From Candidatus Staskawiczbacteria bacterium (GTDB taxonomy: Bacteria > Patescibacteriota > Minisyncoccia > Minisyncoccales > Staskawiczbacteraceae), in NCBI GenBank assembly GCA_903831095.1, contig CAIKWD010000026.1:29290-93289 (forward strand): a stretch of 64,000 nucleotides of DNA, written 5' to 3'. Of this stretch, positions 1 through 8,271 are shown piece after piece. The notes beneath the pieces are model-generated. The model had not been told where the DNA came from. It ran no database searches and worked only from the letters and a program-made list of their open reading frames with translations. A program made the position numbers and the translations under genes. Every line of letters begins with the position of its first letter. Positions within the stretch are counted from its first letter, which is position 1.

Positions 1-475
1 GCAAAAAAACTTTAGCTTCCAATCTTACTCCAGTCAAATCTTCTGGCTGTTTAATTCCTTTTTGGTCGTCAATAACATATTCTCTTGGAAAAACATCAAG
101 CACTTCTTCATTTGAAGGAATATTCACAGCTCTGGTTGCCTGCAAAACTCTTTCTATGTCCTCCTTGGAAATTCTGTTGTCTGCTCTTGAAACTGAAATA
201 ATTCCGTCAGACGGAGTAACATACATATGGCTTCCTCCAATATTAACAAATACAGAGCTAATTTTTCTGTTGCAATCTTTCTCAACTCCAGACATTATCA
301 TCTGCACATTTTTTGCTGTTTCTTCAACGCTCACCACAGCTCCCTTTCTCAACCCAAAAGAAGGAACCTCTGCATACGACAAAACTTCCCAGTCTTTTCC
401 TTTTCTTTGGGCAACTAGCGCCTTAATGCTGTGAGTCCCTATGTCTAAACCTGTAACAATATTTCCTCTGGCCAT
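1..475 (-). CDS. ftsA: Cell division protein FtsA, 5' part (runs off window)
   Basis: Manual translation from ATG at 475: MARGNIVTGLDIGTHSIKALVAQ..., later G.RKGAVVSV and 'VFPREYVIDDQKGIKQPEDLTGVRLEA', typical of FtsA. Confidence 0.9.
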   Translation of the reverse strand, partial: MARGNIVTGLDIGTHSIKALVAQRKGKDWEVLSYAEVPSFGLRKGAVVSVEETAKNVQMIMSGVEKDCNRKISSVFVNIGGSHMYVTPSDGIISVSRADNRISKEDIERVLQATRAVNIPSNEEVLDVFPREYVIDDQKGIKQPEDLTGVRLEAKVFL

Positions 476-478
476 TTA

Positions 479-931
479 CTATTTTACTTTAGATAAATAT
501 TTGTTTTGTAAATTTTCCATTTCCTCTGCTTCTTTTTCTGTTTTCTCGTCCCGGTTTTGCCGAGGATCCTCGACATAGTCGGGATGGTCATATCCGCATA
601 AGTGCAAAATCCCATGGACAAAAACTTTTATCATTTCACTTTTTACGGTCACCTTATATTTCTTGGCGTTTTCCTTAACTACATCCGGGCAAATAATAAT
701 CTCTCCCAAATAACCTTTTTCTGCACTGTCCTTTAACTCAAAAGAAAGCACATCTGTCGGTTTGTCTTTTCCGCGGAATTTTTTATTAAGCTTTTTTATT
801 TCTGCTTTTCCAACAAAAGCCAGAGACAACGTTTCTGTTACTCTATTTTCGCCTTTTAATACAATTTTTGCAACTGTGGAAAAGTTTTTTTTATCCACAC
901 TATATTTTGTAAGGTTGTTTATCTCTATCAT
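479..931 (-). CDS. ybeY: rRNA maturation endoribonuclease YbeY (12-aa palindrome-derived insert after HLCGYDH)
   Basis: NKKFRGKDKPTDVLSF, GEIIIC, HGILHLCGYDH motifs. Confidence 0.95.
   Translation of the reverse strand: MIEINNLTKYSVDKKNFSTVAKIVLKGENRVTETLSLAFVGKAEIKKLNKKFRGKDKPTDVLSFELKDSAEKGYLGEIIICPDVVKENAKKYKVTVKSEMIKVFVHGILHLCGYDHPDYVEDPRQNRDEKTEKEAEEMENLQNKYLSKVK
549..584. repeat. In-frame GGATCC-centred double-hairpin palindrome (36 nt) in ybeY
   Basis: tcccggttttgccgagga+tcctcgacatagtcggga; encodes PDYVEDPRQNRD. Confidence 0.85.
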
Positions 932-1500
932 TTAACAAATTTTATGCTTGAAATAATTTTGCTAGCAACTGTAGAAAGATTGTTTTTAACTGCGCTTTCA
1001 GATTTTTGTTTGTCTTTTAGTGAAATATAAATATACTTGCTTATTCTGTATTCAAAATTTCCATGCAATAACAAAACCTGAGAATTTTCTGAAATTGAAC
1101 TTTCAACCTTGCTCTTAATATTTTCTGGGATACAATTTACTGTAAAATCCAAAATTATTCCGCTGGGCATTTTAGGATCTATATTATTAATATCCTGTCC
1201 ATATTTATGGCTCTCAAATCTAAATACTCCAATCTCTTTTACAGAAGCAGAATTTGACTTATCATTTTGGCAATCTGCAAAAATATTGCTTATTTTATCT
1301 GGCGTATAATAAGTCTTCTCTTGTGCGGTCCAACCTTTTGGAGTTTTCAATTCAAACCCATAATAATTATTCTTAATAAGATAAGCGTGAGTTGTGCTAA
1401 AAATATTTCGCAAAAAAATAAATCCACCAAATAACAAAACCAACACCACAATCGCGCCAATAATTTTTACCTGCATATTTTCTATCTTTGCCATAATCAA
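928..1500 (-). CDS. Hypothetical membrane-anchored exported protein
   Basis: N-terminal TM helix; 'NNYYGFELKTPKGW' resembles PsbP-like CPR surface proteins. Confidence 0.7.
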   Translation of the reverse strand: MIMAKIENMQVKIIGAIVVLVLLFGGFIFLRNIFSTTHAYLIKNNYYGFELKTPKGWTAQEKTYYTPDKISNIFADCQNDKSNSASVKEIGVFRFESHKYGQDINNIDPKMPSGIILDFTVNCIPENIKSKVESSISENSQVLLLHGNFEYRISKYIYISLKDKQKSESAVKNNLSTVASKIISSIKFVK

Positions 1501-1537
1501 TATATTTATTCATTTTACAACATTTTCCCAATAAAAC

Positions 1538-1564
1538 AAAAACCCCGCTAAGCGGGGTTTGTTT
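1538..1564 (-). terminator. Intrinsic terminator after yqeY
   Basis: aaaccccgc-taa-gcggggttt hairpin with A/T tracts. Confidence 0.75.
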
Positions 1565-1569
1565 AAATT

Positions 1570-2037
1570 TTATTTGGATAACAGTTCTTTTACAATCTTG
1601 CTGACTTCTCCGCCGTCAGCCTTTCCTTTAACCTTTGGATTCAGGTCGGCCATTACTTTTCCCATGTCGCGCATTTCTTTAGCTCCAGTTGTAGAAATAG
1701 ATTCTTGCACTAATTTTTTGATATCTTCAACAGATAACTGTTCTGGTAAATATTTCTTTAACACTTCAATTTCCTTTGCTTCCCTTTCTGCCAATTCAGG
1801 CCTATTTCCCTGGGTATACAAAACAATAGCATCTTTCCTCTTTTTAATTTCCGAAGATATAACTTCCAATATTTGCTCGTCTGTCAGCTGGGCTTCTCCC
1901 TCAATCTTTTCTTTATATTTCTTATCTTTTTCTTTGGTTTGTATTGAAGCCAACAGCATGCGCAAAACTCCAAGAACAAACTGTTCTCCAGCTTTTAGTG
2001 CTTCGTTTGATTCTTGTTGGATCTTTTGCTTTAGCAT
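1570..2037 (-). CDS. yqeY: GatB/YqeY domain protein
   Basis: LRMLLASI, EIKKRKDAI, YLPEQLS, DMGKVM, GKADG motifs; rpsU-yqeY synteny. Confidence 0.92.
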   Translation of the reverse strand: MLKQKIQQESNEALKAGEQFVLGVLRMLLASIQTKEKDKKYKEKIEGEAQLTDEQILEVISSEIKKRKDAIVLYTQGNRPELAEREAKEIEVLKKYLPEQLSVEDIKKLVQESISTTGAKEMRDMGKVMADLNPKVKGKADGGEVSKIVKELLSK

Positions 2038-2060
2038 AATAATACCAACTAAGTTAATAT

Positions 2061-2279
2061 TTATTTAGGCTTGGCTAATTTGTCTGCCTTCAACTTTTCT
2101 GCCTTGAATTCAACTCTCTTTAAAGCAGATCTTTTCTTAACCAAATCTGACTTGGCCCTGTTAAAAAATCTTCCTTTTCTCAATTCAAGAAGAATTCCCG
2201 ACTGCCTTACAGTCTTTGTAAACCTATGTCCCAAATTCTGGGAGGTCTCTTTTTCTTTTTTGACTACTTGTACTGGCAT
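2061..2279 (-). CDS. rpsU: 30S ribosomal protein S21 (divergent)
   Basis: V.KKEKET....RF.K.V.QSGIL.ELRK..FF pattern; directly upstream of yqeY. Confidence 0.7.
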   Translation of the reverse strand: MPVQVVKKEKETSQNLGHRFTKTVRQSGILLELRKGRFFNRAKSDLVKKRSALKRVEFKAEKLKADKLAKPK

Positions 2280-2322
2280 AATTTAATGTTTTACTAATTA
2301 ATTATATATTTTATTATAAAAA

Positions 2323-3609
2323 TTACTTTTTTGAAATTTTTTCTTTCATCTCTTCAACTACTTTGTCTAACTTTATTTCCTTCTGGACTCCTGTTTCCAT
2401 GTCTCTTAAAGTAATAAATTCTTCCAAGGCTTCCTTCTGTCCAAATATCAGAACCCACTTTATATTCATTTTGTTTGCGGTTCTTAACTGAGCTTTCAAG
2501 GAATCTTTGGAAAACGACTCTGCTACTGGAATTTTAGCATCTCTAAATTCTTCAAACAACTTCATACTCTTTCTCTTTGCCATTTGTCCAAGCTGGGCCA
2601 AGAATATTTTTGGCTCTTCCTGTTTTGGACCAGTTTTCATTTCCCTGGTTTTCATCAAACTTATTATTCTTTCCATGCCAGCGGCAGCTCCACAACCTGG
2701 AGTTTCCCTTCCACCCAGCATCTTTGATAGGTTATCATATCTTCCTCCACCAATCAATGTCCCAAGCGATTTTCCATCTTCCGAAGTCTCAACAATTTCA
2801 AAAACAGTTTTTGTATAATAATCCAAACCCCTTACTAAATATGGATTCAAAGTAAAAGGCAATTCCAACTCGTCTAAAAATTCCAAAACTTCTTTAAAGT
2901 GTGCATGGCATTTTTCACAAAGGTGTTCTGTTATCTGCGGAGCGCCTGCTTTCACTCTTTGGCACTTTTCTTCCTTGCAGTCTAAAATTCTCAATGGGTT
3001 TTCTTTCAGCCTTCTCTGGCAATCTGGACACAAAGATGATCTCCTTGATTTAAAATAGCTAGACAAAATCTTTTTAAAATATGGCCTGCATTCAGAATCT
3101 CCAATTGAATTGATTTCAATGGATAAATTCTTGAATCCCAATTCTTTCAAAACGTCATAGCTCATTTGTATGACTTGACTGTCTATAGAAGGATTTTGTT
3201 CACCTATAACTTCAAATCCAAACTGGTGAAACTGTCTAAATCTTCCTGCTTGTGGCCTTTCATACCTAAAAAATGGGCCAATATACCAAAGCTTAACTGG
3301 TTGAGGCAAGTTATGCATTCCATGTTCTAAATAACTTCTCATAACTGGAGCTGTACCTTCTGGCCTTAAAGAAACCAGGTCTCCGCCTTTTGTGCGAAAT
3401 GTGTACATTTCCTTCCCAACAATGTCTGTATCATCTCCAACAGCTTTTTGAAAAACTTCAGCATATTCCAAAATTGGAGTTTCAATTTTCTCAAAACTGT
3501 AATAATTAGCAACTGACTCAACTCCCTTTTGGACCTTTTTAAAATATACCTGGTCTTCAGGAAGTACATCGTGCATTCCGGTTAAGTTTTGAAAATTTAA
3601 TTTTGCCAT
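2323..3609 (-). CDS. hisS: Histidyl-tRNA synthetase
   Basis: LRPEGTAP, FRYERPQAGRFRQF, LVRGLDYY, GGGRYD. Confidence 0.98.
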   Translation of the reverse strand: MAKLNFQNLTGMHDVLPEDQVYFKKVQKGVESVANYYSFEKIETPILEYAEVFQKAVGDDTDIVGKEMYTFRTKGGDLVSLRPEGTAPVMRSYLEHGMHNLPQPVKLWYIGPFFRYERPQAGRFRQFHQFGFEVIGEQNPSIDSQVIQMSYDVLKELGFKNLSIEINSIGDSECRPYFKKILSSYFKSRRSSLCPDCQRRLKENPLRILDCKEEKCQRVKAGAPQITEHLCEKCHAHFKEVLEFLDELELPFTLNPYLVRGLDYYTKTVFEIVETSEDGKSLGTLIGGGRYDNLSKMLGGRETPGCGAAAGMERIISLMKTREMKTGPKQEEPKIFLAQLGQMAKRKSMKLFEEFRDAKIPVAESFSKDSLKAQLRTANKMNIKWVLIFGQKEALEEFITLRDMETGVQKEIKLDKVVEEMKEKISKK

Positions 3610-3618
3610 ATATTTTTT

Positions 3619-4269
3619 TTAATAACTTGGCCTATTAATTGTGGTTAAATGTGTTAAAGGTAAAAGCCTAATTGAAGCTTTGCCTATAATATTACTTTTA
3701 GATACAACTCCCCATGCTCTAGAGTCGTATGAACCCGTCCTATTGTCGCCCATTACAAAATATTGTCCATCTTTTATAACAGTTACTTCTGGAGTTGTCA
3801 GTAACATGCCTGAACTTGTATATACGTATGTTTTCAAATTAGCTGGCAGATATTTTTCATTCAAAACATTTGTCTTTCCATTTTCAGTTATTTTTACCTG
3901 GCCATTAGCTACTTCTACTGTATCTCCTGGAAGCCCAATTACTCTTTTAATAAATCGCTCTCCAGCAAATGTCTTACCAACAAATCCAGCGTTAAAAACA
4001 ACTACGTCGCCCCTTTCTGGAGCGTTAAATCTGTAGGATATTTCGTCAACAATCAAATAGTCATGATTTTCAAAATTTGGAGACATAGATTCTCCACTTA
4101 CAATAAAAGGCTGAAACAAAAAATAGCGTATTGGCAACACTATTACGGCCGCAATAACAATAATTTTGACCAACTCCCAAATAGTTTGCTTAATTCCCTT
4201 GCTTGCCTGTGCAGGCGGGTTATTTTGCTGATTTTCTGCTGATTTTTCTAAGTTGTTGTTAATCTCCAT
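3619..4269 (-). CDS. lepB: Signal peptidase I
   Basis: SGESMSP, IKRVIGLPGD, GDNRTGSYDSRAWG. Confidence 0.96.
   Translation of the reverse strand: MEINNNLEKSAENQQNNPPAQASKGIKQTIWELVKIIVIAAVIVLPIRYFLFQPFIVSGESMSPNFENHDYLIVDEISYRFNAPERGDVVVFNAGFVGKTFAGERFIKRVIGLPGDTVEVANGQVKITENGKTNVLNEKYLPANLKTYVYTSSGMLLTTPEVTVIKDGQYFVMGDNRTGSYDSRAWGVVSKSNIIGKASIRLLPLTHLTTINRPSY
4202..4219. repeat. Short GC hairpin in lepB N-terminal tail (CCYGCCT..AGGCRRG type)
   Basis: cttgcctgtgcaggcggg, 18 nt; resembles the endoQ insert. Confidence 0.4.
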
Positions 4270-4345
4270 TAAAATGCGATTTATCTAAGTTAATAGCCAT
4301 ATTTTAGCATACTTTTAAACTATTTGCAACCCCTTATTTTGAAGC

Positions 4346-4379
4346 AAAAAAAGACCGGGCGTTGTTACACACCCGGGTT
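4346..4379 (-). terminator. Intrinsic terminator of islet gene 4399-4857
   Basis: Minus strand ccgggtgt-gtaaca-acgcccgg followed by tctttttt. Confidence 0.7.
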
Positions 4380-4398
4380 ATATGTTAGGAAAATATTA

Positions 4399-4857
4399 TT
4401 AGCAGCCGGCAGGACTGCAAACACCAAAAATAATTTGGCCGGTCCGAATGGCTTCTTCCTGAAGCTTGGTAGGATTATGCCGAATATCCGGTTTGGCATC
4501 TCTTTTTGCCGTGACGTTTGTTCTGTAAAAATGTCCAAACGTTACGTCATCAATAAAGACCCCACATTGCTCAGCGATATCTCGCCTGGCTTCAAGAAAG
4601 CCTTTTGTCGGATCACATTCGGTTATTTTTTCAATGATTGTCTCTTGGACTTCGGGTTGTATAACCCTAGGAGTCCTGAGAACCTGGTCCAGCACTTTGT
4701 CGGAAATTTCGACCCGAAATTCATCTTCGAATAATTTACGCAGTTCCCTATAACCGCGCTTTGAGCTTACAACCACCCCGGTTGTTAAAGCCATCCTCAG
4801 AATGAAATTCTTTTGATCGTTGTTCAATCCACTTGCTGAACCAATAACTGTTGCCAT
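4399..4857 (-). CDS. Hypothetical islet protein, possibly two HTH-like repeats
   Basis: ORF with own promoter, SD and terminator; higher GC than neighbours. Confidence 0.7.
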   Translation of the reverse strand: MATVIGSASGLNNDQKNFILRMALTTGVVVSSKRGYRELRKLFEDEFRVEISDKVLDQVLRTPRVIQPEVQETIIEKITECDPTKGFLEARRDIAEQCGVFIDDVTFGHFYRTNVTAKRDAKPDIRHNPTKLQEEAIRTGQIIFGVCSPAGC

Positions 4858-4961
4858 AAAAAATCTCCCAATTAAATTTTTTTGTTAAAATTTTCCCCTA
4901 AATTTGAAACGAACAAATCTGTTGATTAGTCTCCTTTCAATACTAAACAACAACAAAAATA

Positions 4962-4990
4962 ACTATATCTTTTTTAAGGCTTACTGTCAA
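4962..4990 (-). promoter_or_regulatory. sigma70 promoter TTGACA-17-TATAGT
   Basis: Near-consensus hexamers at 17-nt spacing upstream of 4857. Confidence 0.7.
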
Positions 4991-5043
4991 GACCTACACT
5001 TATTCACAAAAGAAATGCTATAATTGTTAAAACAATAAATAAT

Positions 5044-5610
5044 ATGATAATTATCACTGGCCTGGGCAACCCAGGTGAACAATATAAAAATACTCGCCAT
5101 AATGTGGGCTTTATGGCAATTGACGCATTTGCAGGAAAAAATGACTTTCCTGAGTTTAAGCTACAAAAAAAATCCCACTCTCTTGTTTCAGAACATGTAG
5201 TTGATGGCAAACCAGTTTTATTGGCAAAGCCCCAGACTTTTATGAATGAATCTGGCAAAGCTATAAAACAGCTTACTGCGCAAAAAGATTCTGAAGTTAT
5301 TGTTATACATGACGACATTGACTTGCCTTTGGGAAAATTAAAAATAATAAAAGAAAGAGGATCAGCCGGACATAAGGGAGTTGAATCAATAATTAAAAGC
5401 GTTGGCAACGATGGTTTGGTACGGTTTCGCATAGGAATAGGTGCTTTAACTGAAACTCCCAAAGACACTAAAGCCATGGAAATTGTTTTAAAAAGCTTTT
5501 CGTCAGAAGACCAAAAAATAATTGACGAGACAATTAATAAAACTGTTGATGCGCTTGTCCTATATATAATAGAAGGACTTGAAAAAGCAATGAATGAATA
5601 CAACAAGTGA
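5044..5610 (+). CDS. pth: Peptidyl-tRNA hydrolase
   Basis: GLGNPG..Y..TRHNVGF, KPQTFMNESG, HDDIDL, GHKG; extended -10 TGCTATAAT upstream. Confidence 0.97.
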   Translation: MIIITGLGNPGEQYKNTRHNVGFMAIDAFAGKNDFPEFKLQKKSHSLVSEHVVDGKPVLLAKPQTFMNESGKAIKQLTAQKDSEVIVIHDDIDLPLGKLKIIKERGSAGHKGVESIIKSVGNDGLVRFRIGIGALTETPKDTKAMEIVLKSFSSEDQKIIDETINKTVDALVLYIIEGLEKAMNEYNK

Positions 5611-7600
5611 AGATTTAAATCATCTTTTAATAGTTGGCATTACCCCCTACTTTATAGACAAGCAGGGTGTTTGGTATAATGAAAACCTGCAAAAAATACT
5701 CGATGCCAGGCAGTCTCAACCGTTTTTTGAGGACAATGTCATATATTTGCAAAAAGACCACAGCTTTCAGTTTTCCCAGTTTTTAAGAAAGCTCGACGAA
5801 ATGGGTTACGAAAGAGTAGCTAAAGTTTCAGACCCTGGAGAATTTTCCCAGCGTGGCGGAATAGTAGATGTCTTCCCCATCAACATAAAAAATGCTATTA
5901 GATTGGATTTCTTGGGCAACGAAGTAGACGCCATAAAAGTTTTAGATACAAAAATAGAAAACGAGGAAAAGTCCAAAGAAGTTTTAAGAAAAAAATTAAA
6001 GTCGCAAAAACTTTTTTCAGAATTAAAAGGATTAAAAGCTGGAGATTACCTTGTTCACTTAGACCACGGAATAGCAAAATTTGCCGGCATAGAAGATTTC
6101 CAATTTTCTGTTTCCAAATTCCACGACAGCCCGGAAATGGAAGCTCCAAAAGTTGAAAACAAATATTATGTTTTAGAGTATGACAAAGGCGACAAGCTTT
6201 ATGTTCCAGTTGGATTGGAAAGAAAACTTTCAAGGTATGTTGGTTTTCAAGATCCTAAAGTTTCCAGACTTGGATCAGTTATTTGGCAAAATACCAAGCG
6301 CGCCATAAAAGAAGGAGTTGAAAAACTAGCCAAGGAACTTTTACAGCTTTACGCCCAAAAAGAGGTTGTAGAACGCACTCCATATATAGAAGACAGAGAA
6401 ATAGAAGCTCAACTGAGAGATAGTTTTGCCTATCAGGAAACTCCAGACCAAATGCAGGCTATAGAAGATATCAAACAGGATTTACAAAAAACAAAACCAA
6501 TGGACAGAATTATTTGTGGAGATGTTGGTTTTGGAAAAACAGAAGTAGCAATAAGAACAGCTTTATTGGCTTCCATAAATAATAGACAAACAGCTTTGAT
6601 CTGCCCGACTACAATTTTGGCCAACCAGCATTTTAATTCTTTTAAAAACAGGTTTAACAAGATTCCAATAAGAATTTCTTTGCTTTCAGGATTACAGACA
6701 AAAACCGAACAGAAAAAAATCCTCAACAATTTAAAGGAAGGGAAAATAGATATTTTAATTGGCACACACAGGCTCTTATCTAAAGATGTTGAGTATAAAA
6801 ACCTACAACTGCTTATAATAGATGACGAACAAAAATTTGGAGTAAAACAAAAAGAAAGATTAAGGCAGATAAAAACAAGCTTGGATGTTTTGAGCTTGTC
6901 AGCCACTCCTATACCACGCACAATTTATTTGGCTCTTTCTTCACTCAAAAATATTAGCTTGATGCAAACTCCACCTGTTGGCAGACAAGCCATAAAAACT
7001 GAAGTTTTAGAGTACAGTAATAAAAATATTAAGAAAATAATAAATACTGAGTTAGCCAGACACGGCCAAGTTTATTTCCTACACAATAGAGTCCAAACAA
7101 TAGAAACTAAAGCCGAGGAATTGAAAAAACTTTGTCCAAAAGCAAAACTGGGCGTAATCCATGGTCAAATGCCAGAAAAAAAATTAGTGCAGATAATGGA
7201 TGACTTTCAAAAAGAAAAAATAAATGTTTTATTGGCAACTACAATTATTGAAAACGGACTGGACCACGCAAACGTGAACACAATTATAATAGAAGACGCC
7301 ACCCGCCTTGGACTTTCACAAGCCCACCAAATAAGAGGCAGAGTTGGCAGATCTGGGACAAAGAGTTATGCATATTTTATGTACCAAGAAAAATCTATGA
7401 CACCTTTGGTACAGGAAAGACTAAAAGCTTTAGAAGATATTCAAGAATTGGGAGCAGGATACAGAATCGCCATTAGGGATTTGGAATTGCGTGGAGCTGG
7501 AAACATTTTAGGCAAAGAACAGTCAGGAGCCATAAACAAAATTGGTTTGAACTTGTACAGCCAGATGATCTCTGAAGCCATTGAAAAATTCAAGCAATAA
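5594..7600 (+). CDS. mfd: Transcription-repair coupling factor, minimal form (no C-terminal TRCF domain)
   Basis: PGEFSQRGGIVDVFP, GDYLVHLDHGI (RID), GDVGFGKT, DDEQ, SATPIPRT, QIRGRVGR, DLELRGAG. Confidence 0.92.
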   Translation: MNTTSEDLNHLLIVGITPYFIDKQGVWYNENLQKILDARQSQPFFEDNVIYLQKDHSFQFSQFLRKLDEMGYERVAKVSDPGEFSQRGGIVDVFPINIKNAIRLDFLGNEVDAIKVLDTKIENEEKSKEVLRKKLKSQKLFSELKGLKAGDYLVHLDHGIAKFAGIEDFQFSVSKFHDSPEMEAPKVENKYYVLEYDKGDKLYVPVGLERKLSRYVGFQDPKVSRLGSVIWQNTKRAIKEGVEKLAKELLQLYAQKEVVERTPYIEDREIEAQLRDSFAYQETPDQMQAIEDIKQDLQKTKPMDRIICGDVGFGKTEVAIRTALLASINNRQTALICPTTILANQHFNSFKNRFNKIPIRISLLSGLQTKTEQKKILNNLKEGKIDILIGTHRLLSKDVEYKNLQLLIIDDEQKFGVKQKERLRQIKTSLDVLSLSATPIPRTIYLALSSLKNISLMQTPPVGRQAIKTEVLEYSNKNIKKIINTELARHGQVYFLHNRVQTIETKAEELKKLCPKAKLGVIHGQMPEKKLVQIMDDFQKEKINVLLATTIIENGLDHANVNTIIIEDATRLGLSQAHQIRGRVGRSGTKSYAYFMYQEKSMTPLVQERLKALEDIQELGAGYRIAIRDLELRGAGNILGKEQSGAINKIGLNLYSQMISEAIEKFKQ

Positions 7601-7630
7601 AAAAGGTCAGCCTCTGCCAACCCATTTGTT

Positions 7631-8143
7631 TTATTGCTTTTTTATTTTGGAAGGATCAAAGGTCATAATGGTTAAAGAACTAATGACACATTTCTTTTTT
7701 CCTTTGACATAAGCAGTTATAACACCGCTTTCAATTTTCAAAATGCCCATGGATTCTTCAACCATAACTTCTGTTTTGGTTTTCAATTCCAATTCATCTC
7801 CTGGTTTAGCAAAACCATAGAATGTGGTTTTACCAATATCTCTGGCGATACCTGTTTTGCCAACATAAATTGTTTCAAAAACTGAACTCCTTGCAACCAT
7901 AATTGCAAGTAGCTGAAAAGCTGCTTCAATAATTTCTACCCCGCGCATTACAGGTACATTTGGCAAAGGAGAGTGGTCATCATAATTTCCTTCCGGAACT
8001 ACAAATTTCCCAATAGCGATATTCCCTTCAATTATTGCTTGATCTAGCAACAACATCCTCCCCTTATGAAAAAGAATTTTGTACATTTCTTCTTTTGAGA
8101 TCAACATCATCCCATGCAAAGACCAGTTAATAACCTTCTTCAT
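7631..8143 (-). CDS. FabZ/FabA-like hot-dog fold dehydratase
   Basis: ILFHKGRMLLLD and H.P...PVMRGVEIIEAAFQ match LPHRYPFLLVD / HFPG.PIMPGVLIIEAMAQ. Confidence 0.75.
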   Translation of the reverse strand: MKKVINWSLHGMMLISKEEMYKILFHKGRMLLLDQAIIEGNIAIGKFVVPEGNYDDHSPLPNVPVMRGVEIIEAAFQLLAIMVARSSVFETIYVGKTGIARDIGKTTFYGFAKPGDELELKTKTEVMVEESMGILKIESGVITAYVKGKKKCVISSLTIMTFDPSKIKKQ

Positions 8144-8271
8144 TTTATACCTCCGTATATTATGTTAAGTTGCTGGTTTAAATACTACATTAAAAGCAGT
8201 GAATTTCAATAGTTTTAAATTTTTGTGCTATTATAAACAAACAATCAATAAAAATAAATAAAAAAATACAA

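Noticed and set aside
156-434. Plus-strand ORFs at 156-434 and the many antisense shadow ORFs across the window
   Set aside because: Opposite well-supported genes (here ftsA); expected antisense frames with no motifs.
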